Of a stretch of 34,852 bases of DNA, positions 12,259 to 23,300 are shown piece after piece (position 1 is the stretch's first letter; the number at the start of each line of letters is the position of its first letter). This stretch comes from Paramecium tetraurelia (taxonomy: Eukaryota). The notes under the pieces were generated by a model. The model saw only the letters and a list, made by a program, of their open reading frames with translations, was not told the origin of the DNA and made no database searches. The DNA is taken from contig CT868051.1 of assembly GCA_000165425.1 (NCBI GenBank), positions 186,001 to 220,852 on the forward strand, given 5' to 3'. The translations under genes were made by a program, and so were the position numbers.

Positions 12259-13108
12259 TCAACCCTAAAATGGTGTTTCTAATGGATCTAAGTCAAAACT
12301 ATTTATTTGTTTATGTTATCATACCCTCTTGTTCAATAGTCTCCCCTAAGATTTCTTATAAGTAACATTACAACTCGCATTTGGTTTCTAAATGTCAATG
12401 TATACATCCTCTTCAAATAAAGTGGCTATGGGTATATAAGGGTTAATCCATATTAATATATTATTTCAGCAACTTTACCCAAATTGCGTAATCACCTTCT
12501 GAATCAAAAGTATCCCGAATTCCACGACAAGTGTTTTAATATAAAGTAGTAAAATCCACATTTAAAATAATTCCTTCTCTCTTCTTATTTAAGCCAGTTA
12601 TTTTGATATTTATGTACATAAAAAGTTTTGCTATCATCATTAGATTTGTGCGCATCTTTGATAAAAGGAGCGTGACATGACATTGATCATAATTAGGAAA
12701 TGCCAGCATCTATTTGTAATCCATAGAATTCAATTTAAAATCAGTGTAAATACTTGCAAATTTAAATGATGTGTGGTGTGATCCACATTCCTCAGATCTT
12801 ATTTCTTGCCATCATTACCAAAAATATATAATACTTCCTTTTTGGCAGAAGACGATTGTATCTCATAAAACCAATCTTTTTATGCCCAGCTTTTCTAGGA
12901 AAAGTGTTTCATCACTCCACTTATACTGATTGTCAACGCTTTTGTAAATTCTTCCATTTTCAGATAACGCGAAGAGAGTATCTGATCAATATTTACCTTC
13001 TCTATCAGCATTGCGCATTAGATAGAATTGGATAGAGTAGAATGCAGAATCAGCCTGGAATAGTGTGATCTTTACAGCACTTACACTAATTATTAAGAAT
13101 ATTAGCAT
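12259..13108 (-). pseudogene. Collapsed sortilin/Vps10-domain receptor relic
   Basis: Signal-peptide-like start MLIFLIISVSAV; Asp-box-like GRIYKSVDNQYKW; LYIFGNDG..RSEECG; 10CC-like GIILNVDFTTLYQNTCRG...GDYAIW; KPNASC. The pieces lie in different frames with in-frame TGAs and span only ~850 bp. Confidence 0.7.
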
Positions 13109-13137
13109 TGTGTTTTATTATATCATATGTGCTTAAA

Positions 13138-13522
13138 TCAAACAGCGAAGAAGCTTCTTGCCACATACTCTACAGCGTCATTGACAGTTCTGAAACACTC
13201 TACATCAATATCTGGAAATTCTATTTCAAACTCTCTTTCAACTTCTACCATTACCTAATTTTAAATTCATGTTATGTACCTCTACGTAGGCCATGTCTGA
13301 CAAACCGATGTCAGTCCATGTAGATTGTAGAGTGATTCCAGAGGGATTCTTTACGTCGTCATGTAAGCTAATCACCTTTATCATTCGACGGGCAACATCT
13401 TCTGGATTCACATAATAGCCAGATTTTTCATTTCTCAAAATGATTGGTTGTTCATTCGATGCAAAGTATTTTGGTACTTAAAAGAATTATTTTCTAAACA
13501 TCTGCACGAGTTGTCTATTCAT
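13138..13522 (-). CDS. Mitochondrial acyl-carrier-protein-like protein (NDUFAB1 fold), 119 aa, non-canonical attachment motif
   Basis: One 25-nt intron 13255-13279 (360 nt spliced). Presequence-like N-terminus; TWTDIGLSDMAYVEVMVEVEREFEIEFPDIDVECFRTVNDAVEYV matches the ACP helix II-IV pattern. Confidence 0.88.
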
Positions 13523-13538
13523 ATCTTAAATAATTAAA

Positions 13539-14318
13539 ATGTCTTAAAATATATTAAAAGACATACTTAAGCTGGTATGAGTAAAATACTACCCTTATAA
13601 GTTAGAAGGCCCCTCCTCAGACACTTTCTAAGATCTAGATTCCCAGCTCCTGTTCATCAAAGAAGCCATACTCCAAAATTTACAGAATCAAGATTATCAG
13701 GAACTTGAGAAATAAGTCCAGAAGTACGAGAGAGAAATACGAAAACACATTAGAGTTTAGCATTTATTATATATTATTAGACAGAGCAATAAATTAAACT
13801 ATACTGTGAACAGCTCTAACAATAATTAGAATAACTTCAATAAAATAATATAAACAAAAACATGAATCACGTATAAGTTCAATTCATTTACTTAGCAACT
13901 CAAGAAAGAAATTGCTGTCTTACAAGAATAAAACAAATATCTAATTGAAGAGAATACATTTCTGAAGAAGAAAATATAAGAGACAAATGATTATCAGCAT
14001 TAAACTATTTCAAGCAAATAGCCTCTGAAGTTAGTTGACTTTATTCGCAAGCAGAAAGTGCCTAATGACAAGGAACCTTATCTCAGTAATACTATTGACA
14101 CTTCTTCAATTTATAAAAAAGACCAAAGCAAATAAAACTCAAAGACCATCTCTCAGCAAGTCACTGAATAGAACTATGATCATTGCAAGTAATTCGTTAA
14201 TAATTTCAATATTATTTCCAACAAACAAAAAATTACATGCAATGCCAATAGGTAGAAGAAGAGTGTTAGTGAACATAAGCAAATCAAAAATAAACTAGAG
14301 TTATCTTCTATTAATTGA
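13539..14318 (+). CDS. Coiled-coil protein of a ciliate-type family
   Basis: ATG 13539, three short GT..AG introns, motif YQELEKQVQKYEREIRKHIRTEQQIKLYCEQL, TGA 14316-14318. Confidence 0.78.
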
Positions 14319-14638
14319 TTTATATACTAAATTTATGTTTTCGTCATTTTTAAATTATAAAAAATATTTATTAAAAAGTTCATTGTAGGTAATATTAATA
14401 TTTTTATAAAAAAAGAAATAATTAATTATTTTATTAATGGGAAATTGCTTACGTTGATTCACCATAATTTCTATCCAAAATAATGAATAGGTCTTATTGA
14501 ATCAACAAATTCTAATCTTGAAATATTTTAATGTCTCTATTATAACTTCAGGTGAATCATATTTTAATTTAAAAACCCAGATTTGATTTTAAAATATTAT
14601 TATAAATATAAATAAAGAGACAAGATTCCTCCTTAAAT

Positions 14639-15367
14639 ATGGTTAAATCACAAGAATGTTCATCCTAACTCAAGCACACCAAGAAGTATCAAAAAATAGA
14701 TCGAGACTAACGCAGAATAGTCCTAGACTTATTACTAAAAGAAAAATTATCCCTTTAAGAGGTATTCTCCATATTCCTTAAATTCCTTATCTAAATACCA
14801 CTATATATTGCATTTTTGACGATTCATTTCTAGGTAGCCAACAGACTTCATTTAAAGTACTGTACAGTCAGAACAATTCAAAAAGCATTCGAACAGGACG
14901 GTCGTATTGGAAAGAAAGAAACCAGGAAAAAGAAACTGAAAGTTGAGAGCATTGTTAGAGTGTCGGTCTTGAATCCCCTCACTCTCCAAGTTCAACCATT
15001 GTGTGTGCAATCTGAAACCACTCAAGTATTGTATTTATCGAAGGCCTAGATCTATGTGGATAAGCAGCCCACTCACGAGGATCAATTAAATATAGCAAAT
15101 GAACAGAAATAACTCATATCATCCCAATATCAGAAGCTGACCCAGGCTCTAACTTAAGAAATTAAAAATACTAATTTAGCCTCACAATCACTCATACAAA
15201 ACATGTTGCTCTCCTCTTAGATAGTGTTCAAACAAATTCTAGACTTTAAGCCTTAAATTTAAGCTCAAAAGGAATTTGATTCAGTATCGACAAGTCCCTA
15301 CCCTTTCTAACAAATCTAATCATACCCTTACTTTTACCCTTTGCCTCACTCTTTTCTCAGAATTTGA
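14639..15367 (+). CDS. Helix-turn-helix (homeodomain-like) putative DNA-binding protein, ~218 aa
   Basis: KKYQKIDRDQRRIVLDLLLKEKLSLQE|VANRLHLKYCTVRTIQKAFEQDGRIGKKETRKKK after removing a 72-nt intron (14762-14833). Basic NLS-like stretch, Q/P/Y-rich tail, TGA 15365-15367. Confidence 0.8.
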
Positions 15368-15639
15368 TGAGATATTATGTATTCATTTCTGATCTCAATC
15401 TCCAATTAGAAAAATGCTTAAAATTCTGATGTTCTTAGAATTATCTACTTAACCATCGATTATGTTTTAACACAATATATTTAAAAGTCTATAAAGTTTA
15501 TAGTTTGTTTATTATTCATACTAACCAAAAGTTTAGTTTGTTAATCAAAAATAAGCATATTAATCACAAAATAATACTTAACAATAAGAATATTATGTTA
15601 AATTTATATTAAACAAAACAAAGAAAAGGCTATGAGTGC

Positions 15640-16047
15640 TCAGATCTCATAATTCAAATACTTCTGGACTTCTTAAGACAACAGTCATATTTATAACCAA
15701 GGTATGCTACTAGAAAACCCTTTGTTTTTAGTAAGTGCAGCTCAACCTCAACATTTACATTCTACACCTCCTCCAGTCCTCTGATGATCTTCAGTTTCAT
15801 TCCTTCCCTTTCGTTATCATCGTCATCGTTTAGTCTTCTCTTGAATGGCATCACTGTTATAGTCTATCACAATTTTACTATCATTGATGATATATATTAA
15901 TTCTTCATTTATGTATTTATTGGATTCCTCCTTTAAACAATGAGATGAAATAAGAAAAGAAGGATGCAAAAATATCAAGTTTTATATGCTCCAGGTAGAT
16001 TCGATGACTTTCTCCACCTTCCATCTATTTCAAGCCAATTTAACCAT
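15640..16047 (-). pseudogene. Short degenerate or uncertain coding segment
   Basis: Purine-rich coding-like stretch (MPFKRRLNDDDDNEREGMKLKIIRGLEEVQNVNVEVELHLL) with intron-like GT..AG pieces. I could not build one clean model. Confidence 0.35.
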
Positions 16048-16087
16048 TTATACAATAATATTAACATATAAAAGTAATAGGTAATAG

Positions 16088-17245
16088 TCAGGGTTGGGTT
16101 GTTAACATATCTGACAATTGAAATTTACTAAACTTCCTTAAATTTTCCAGATTTGGATATTATTTATCAAATCCTTTGGCTAAATTCAATAGTTTATTAG
16201 CTGAATCCATGGCATCAGAGTTGTCCATTTTCAAAGTTGAAACTATCAATGGTATAACTACTTCAGATGACAGTGTTTAATCAATTTACTCTACAATTTT
16301 TGAACTGACAATCAAAGCTGAACATGCAATTTGCACATACGTGTGATTATTAACAAATTCATAGTCATAAAGTGCCTTGAATAAATTAATGTATTTACCA
16401 CTTTAGCAAGATATAATGTTATTTAATATAACTATTGATTCATATTCAATATGGAGAGTACTATCGTAATGACATCAAGAACAGTAATCCCAATAAAATT
16501 AAAATCTAAAGCGGTTAAAATGTTTGTTTCTTTATCTTTAATCTCATCCTTGGTTAATTTCTTGTGTGCAATCTTCTCATGTACAATTTATAATTTCACT
16601 GGGTAGATTTCCTCAAATTTACAAGCCATGAACATAGTAGTCACGCCAACTAAATGTAAATCTTGAGGGATATGCTTTTACGGTGTTTTCTATAGATAAG
16701 AATCCATCAACTTAACAGCTAAAAAGAAGGTTTAATCTTTGCACTTATATGAAGTAAGTACTTCAACCATCCAATCAATCATCTTTGCTCTCAGATTTGA
16801 ACTTACTGTGTGATTGGACAAAAAGTTTTTTGGTGTTTAATTCTATTTTTGTTGATTTTATAAATATGTACATTTAAATCCAAGTAATAATCTAGAATAG
16901 GCTCTGAATAATTGTTAATTAGTTTACACAACTCATTTGATTGTGTTTCTACTTATTTTGGTTTTATAGGGGATTATTTTTATGGAGAAGAAGTTGTTAA
17001 AGTTTTTAATTTAGGCTCTGGCTTACAGAATACTAGTGGACGGGAGGAAATAGATGTATTATTGTTTTTAAGATCTATACTCTTAAATTCATTTTCTTAA
17101 AGAATATTATTAATCAATTACTTCTATTTCCACCAATCAATGATAGTGAGACTAATTATGTTAGTGATTTATTCTAATGTCTAGGGTTATTAGACACCTC
17201 AGCTTAATTCTCCTTTTCGAAGATCTTTTTGGACATGTCTTTCAT
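16088..17245 (-). CDS. Cyclin (A/B-like cyclin box)
   Basis: LRAKMIDWMVEVL...TFFLAVKLMDSYL...LHLVGVTTMFMACKFEEIYP. Short introns. ATG 17245, TGA 16088-16090. Confidence 0.93.
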
Positions 17246-17394
17246 TATCTTAACAGTTAAATTTTATTAATAAAGTAAAAATTATTTATTTATTATTTTG
17301 TTTATCTTTGTACAACCCCCTTCTAAATTAGGGAATAAAAAGAAAGAGAATTGAGACCATTTTTATCAAAAAACCCCCATTAAGGTTATAAAAA

Positions 17395-17861
17395 TCAAAC
17401 TGTTAATTTTCTGTACCTTTAAGCACCACATTCAGCACAGTGAATTTTATAGTATTAATTAATTCTTTCACATTTTTGGCACTGCCATTCAAACTCAAAT
17501 AAATCATATTTTTTTTATTCTTCTAATTTAATTGTTTTTTACATGTTTCTTTTGTAATCTATTTCAAGATCGGTTCCATAGATGGTAATTTATCAAATGA
17601 GAACTTATTATTACCATTATCTTTTTTATCTCCAGAAGATTTATTAGATCTATCAGATATTGGTGGAATATCACCATTGCTCTCTGTCAAGAATAGAGCG
17701 GATTTGAATCCCTTATTTTCATTCTCTTTATAATTCTTCTAATTATGACATCTATTGCATGTATCTCTAAATGCAAAATTCATATTATTGCAGCTATCAC
17801 AAATCCAGTCTCCCTACCGCTATCTGTGATTTATTTTATTCTTCCCTTTCTACTATGCCAT
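17395..17861 (-). CDS. RanBP2-type zinc finger protein with two fingers, 148 aa
   Basis: RQGDWICDSCNNMNFAFRDTCNRC and WQCQKCERINQYYKIHCAEC. A 20-nt intron (gtaaaaaacaattaaattag) restores the frame (447 nt). Confidence 0.88.
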
Positions 17862-18244
17862 TATATTTATTATAATAATTATTAATAAATCAATCACCTT
17901 TAGATAATTCAACATAAAATGATTGGCTAGAAGCATTTAGATTTAAATATTTGAAAACAAATAATCAGATTAGTGTAACAATAAAGAAATGAAATAATGA
18001 AATGCGACACTTTCAATCTAAAATTGTCAAATTAACAATATTATTGTAAATTATGAATCTCTCCATTCATACATTTATCTACTCATCAAATCATATATTG
18101 CACTTTTTTACTAAGGATTTCATCAAAATTAAAGAAAATTATTTAACTATTTTATTTTTATATAAACTGTCTAATCATTAGTGTTATATGATATTATAAG
18201 ATTCTTGGGGTTATAACATTTTAAAGAGTGAAAGGCAATCTTAA

Positions 18245-18427
18245 ACTAATGATGATTAAATTTTCATAACTTGGCATACAAAGAGAAGTACCTAGTTTAT
18301 TGCTATGTATGAAGAATCTATCTCATTCACCCAAAAAGATTTAGAATTGATAAACTTTGGTCATTTTTTAAATTTACATATATAATGTCATACATATTGT
18401 TACCTAATAAACCAAGCACTTGAATGA
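18245..18427 (+). pseudogene. Possible TPR-repeat gene remnant
   Basis: MYEESISFTQKDLELI...INQALE* resembles a TPR helix (YEEAI..KALEL). No intact gene model. Confidence 0.25.
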
Positions 18428-20281
18428 AGCGTCAACAATATTTTTTTCTAATCATAATTTCTTTTTTTTACCCTTAGCAAATTCTAAAGAAATATCTCAA
18501 ATATTAGAATACTAAAATAAATACAGTTAAATAAGATTTTGTATAAAATTGTTACAGCAATTGATGCAATCAATCCAACATAAAAATAAAAGAATAATGA
18601 GGAGAATATCATTATAGATATTCGAATATTATGTACGCTTTCTCTCCTATGCTAAAATAATAAATTATAATTTAAATGATCCCTTTTATCAATTAATTCT
18701 GATTTCCTTAAATGAAATAAACTTTAGAAGTTTTATAACAGATCAATTTTTTGCTCATATAATAATGGAAAAAGAGACTTATTTCGAATATTATGAATCG
18801 AGTAATATGAATAAAGTTGTTAATTAATTTCTTTTTATTTCATTCTTGGTGTCCTTCATTAACCCTCTTAATTTATTTCATTAACAATAGTTACATAAGG
18901 AAATGTTCTAATTCTTTCCTATTTTTCTCAGCCAGTTAATTTTTATTTAGTTCAAACTTTTTATATTTCACTTTATATAGTGAATATTTCAAGTCCTAAT
19001 TTAATTATTTATTGATTTAAATATATTTATTGAAAATTAAGGAAAATAATTCAGATATTTTTGGGAAAGCATTTCATGCCCCTCCTAATCGTAATTATTG
19101 GGGTAGAAAAATAATATACCATGAAGGAAACCCAAAAAAAAATAAACTAGTTATTTTTAGAAGGAAAAAAAAAAAGAAAACGATTCGTGATTATTCTAAT
19201 TCTTTTCATTCTAAATCACTTCACTCACATATTGAGATCAAGTTTCTTCATTGAGAAAGTCTGTTTTGACGATTTAGGGGACCATAATTTTATTTAAGTA
19301 ATGCTTGGATTAATGATTGATTTTTGACATTTATAGGTTTTTCTTACTTGTTAAAGCGATATCAGGCTGTCAATTTTAATTGTATCTTTTGCTAAAGAAA
19401 AATATTTATATAATTCAATAATTATGCTAACTCAATTTTATTTTTAATTTCCCATTTTGATTAATGTGTGCATAAATTTAATTTAAAAAACTAATAAAAA
19501 TTAACATTGATTGGATGCTTAGATGATGGTTTATTCGCATAATATATTCTAAGCTCATCAGATGTAATTTATGATTTAACATTTTGCATAGCTAAGGCCT
19601 CTCATTACTTCATCCATTAAACAGTTACAATTAAGATTATTAAAAATTTTGTAAAAATTTCCTTTTAGCGATCTCATGTTCCTTCATTGTATTTAAAAGT
19701 ATAACAGTTATTATATAAATATTCTTTAAACTCATCTTAATATGAATTCATAATCACCATTTATTTAAGAAATGTTGACCTTCACATATCTCTTAAATTT
19801 TAGTATTCCTAGTGCTTAAACATATTATCCAAAAGAGAATAGATCAAGGGAATACCTTAAATCAATTCAATTTATTCCAACTTCTTTTCTTCTATTTCGG
19901 TTAATTAAAGTTACCTATAAGTAATTTGTATATTGAATCTCGCTAATCTTCAAGCTGTGATTCGATCTTTTATTTATTTTTCATTAGAGTATTTTGTTAA
20001 GTTTGTTCTAATACCCATTTTTTTATAAAATTTCGAAAAAACAACAATATATAATGTAACAGAACGAAGCGATCTAAGTAGAAAATTAATGAACAACTTA
20101 ACTACCTTATCAAACCGACTTTTTAGTGCCTTCGTAAATTGAAATATAAAGCAAAAATTATATTAATTAATTATAAGAATTAAAATGAAATCTAAATTAT
20201 GAATAATTAATTTGGATAAAAATATTATCACATTAATATCTTAAAAAAAATTAAAATTTCCCTAAATAAAACCTTTTTCCT

Positions 20282-20306
20282 TATAAATGTAATTTTAATA
20301 CTTTTA
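20282..20306 (+). promoter_or_regulatory. Surface-antigen proximal promoter elements
   Basis: TATAAA at 20282-20287 and AATACTTTTA at 20297-20306, directly before the ATG. I recall a similar ATG-proximal motif in other Paramecium surface antigen genes (not verified here). Confidence 0.5.
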
Positions 20307-23300
20307 ATGAAAAATTTAATTTTCATTTGCTTATTAGCTATGGTCTTAGCATAGCAAGTTTAACACACAAACAAATGTAATGATTGTGGATAACTAAAAT
20401 CACAGAATGATTGTGAATAAGAAGTAACAGTTACAGGAGCATGTGAATGGGTAGCTGCTTCAGGAACAACAGCAGCAAAATGCTAAAAGAAAACAACAGT
20501 CGATCCAGTTGCTTCATTCAAACCTTATTGTGAACTTGTTGATAAGCCTGAAACCAACTGTGCTAAAACTTTGGGATGTGCTTACGTTGACTCCAAATGT
20601 ACTCATTTCACTGGATGCCAAGCATATGTTAAAACTACAACAACAGATTGCTAGGCTATATCTTATTTTTGTGTTAGTGATGGAAATTCATGTATTGAGG
20701 CTAAGGAGTGTAAGGCTTACACATAATAATAATGTGAGTCTACTCCAAGTATCTCAGGCATTTTGAAATGTAAATGGGATACAACTGCTGGAGCTTGCAG
20801 AGATTATGCTTGCTCAGAGGCTGATGTTACCTTAAATACTGATGCTAAATGTTCAAGCTGGTTAGCTGGTTGTGTGACTAAAGGTTAAGGTTGCGTTAAT
20901 GCTCCAAGACCTGCATGTGCTACATACACTGGAGATGATGCTGCTTGTTAATCATTCATTGGATCAGATGGAAATTGTGAATTAGCAACCGGAACAACTA
21001 ACTGTAAAGCAAAGGAATGTGCAAATGCACCAACATCATTAGCTTCTGATGATGACTGTAAGGCCTATTAAAGAGGATGTATTACAACAGGAAAAGGATG
21101 TGTTTTGGCAACAACAAAACCATTATGCTCAACTTATTCAGGTGATAACACTACATGTGTTGGATATATTGGATCAGATGGAGTTTGTGAAGGTGATGCT
21201 GGAGGTTCTAAATGTAGAGCTAGAAAATGCGAAAATGGAGCATTCAATACTGATGATCTTTGCAAATAATATTAAAGCAGTTGTAAGACAAATGGAAAAG
21301 CATGCGTTTCAGCATTATCAGCTTGTAATACATATAAAGGAACTGCCACCACTTGTGCCGTCTATATTGGTACCGATGGATATTGTAAAGGAACAAGTAC
21401 AACTACTGAAGCTGCTTGTGCACCAAAGGTTTGTGACGAAGCTCCAGATACAACTACAACAGACGATGCATGTGCCAAATATTAAGTTGGATGTGTTACT
21501 ACAGGAAAAGGATGCGTTACAAAGACTAACTTGAAATCTTGTACTACTTATGATGGAGATACCACAAGTTGCTAATCTAGAGTAGGAACTGAAGGAAAAT
21601 GTACATGGAAGAGTGGAACCAAATGTGTTGCTAGAGATTGTGCATCTGCAGCAAGTAATGTCAATACTAACCCACTTTGTGCCAATTATTTCACTAATTG
21701 TGTTACAACTGGATCTGGATGTGTTTCATAAACTACATGTGATGCAACTGTCAAATAATAAAGTTGTGAAGGTACAAATAATTGCTCATGGTAACCAATT
21801 TGTACTAGTAATACATAATGTAGTGATTATAAGAAAAAATCAATTTGTTTAGCAAATTAAGCCAGAATTAAAACATAAGATGGAGTAGATGATTCAGGAA
21901 ATCCCAAATACATTTATGTAACAGGAAAATGTGGTTGGTTGAATAATGCTTGCAAAGATTTGGCTTGTTCAGATTTAACCGGAGCTTTTTACAACACTGA
22001 TGCAAATTGTGCAGCAGAACTATCAACATGTATTAGTAATAGAGTTGATGCTTGCATAACCAAATATGACTGTGCCAAACTTGTTGGAACATAATCTACA
22101 TGTTTGAGTTATCCAGGATATTGTACCAATGTCGCTTCAGCTACAGACACAACTCCTTGTGTGTCAAGAAAATGCGCAGATAATACAGACGCAACAGATA
22201 ATGCTACATGCGCTACTTTCTTACCTGGATGTATTACTAGTGGAAAAGGTTGTGTTGATTACAATACTCCATGCACATCAATGAAAGGAACTTAGGAAAA
22301 TTGCAATAAATTATTTGCTTACAAGAGTGGATCAAGTACTAACTTTACAACAAATTAATGCTACAATAGTGCAAGTGCAACTGATAGTGATTTTTGCAAA
22401 GTTAAAACATGCAAATTGGCAGAAAACTAGACTGATGGTTCATGTGGATCATTTTTAGATGGATGTGTCTATAATGGAAATGCAGGTTGTGTTGATCCTA
22501 AAGCTGGAGACACAACTTGTGCAAGTTACACAGGTGTTGCTGCATTCTGTGAGTCTGCAATTGTAGGAAACAATAGTTCAAAATATTGCTTTGGAACATC
22601 TACATCAGGTGCTTGCAAATAGAGAGAATGCACAGATAATACAACAGCCACAAAAGACGAAGATTGTGAGGCTTTCTTGACAGGATGCATAGCAAAATCT
22701 GAAGGAGGTTGTGCTGCTAAATCTGCAAGATAATGTTCTGGATAAAATGGAACTGTTGCTACTTGTCCCAATTTTAGCGGTGGATTATCTCCATCTTGGA
22801 CAAAGGTTGGATGCACAAAATACGATACCTGTGCAGATAGAGTATGTTCAGACAAAGCAACTCCTTCTCAAGCCTCAGATTGCACTGATTATAAATCAAC
22901 TTGTAGATTCTTAAAGGCTGGATCTCCATGCATTGATGCAGCTGCTTGTACTAGTTACTCTACCCCTGATACTGCCACTACTGATTAATAAAAGTTTGAT
23001 TATTGTACAACTATCAAAGATAACAGTGGATATGTTTGTGGTTGGGCCTCAGGAACAAAGTGTGCATCTAGAACTTGTGATTAATTCTTGAGCACATTTA
23101 CTACTTCATTAACATGCGTTACTTATTTATAAAAGAATGTTTCAAGTGCAGCAGCTGATACATGTAAGTTAGCAGGAACATTTTGTTATTTACCTAAAGC
23201 AAATTGTGACTATGCATTCCCCACTGGAATTGATACAGATGCCAAAAAATTAACACAATGTTAGAAATATGTGAATACATCTGGAGTATTTTGTTCATTC

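Noticed and set aside
14639..14940. HTH resembling a Tc1/IS630 transposase N-terminus
   Set aside because: No DDE domain, terminal inverted repeats or target duplication seen; treated as a host gene.
15632..15784. Plus-strand 50-codon ORF (MSAQISQFKYFW...)
   Set aside because: Short, no motif, and overlaps a more coding-like minus-strand segment.
18205..18212. Internal TTGGGGTT (also GGGTTGGGTT at ~16091)
   Set aside because: Only one or two units, one of them inside the cyclin coding end; expected by chance.
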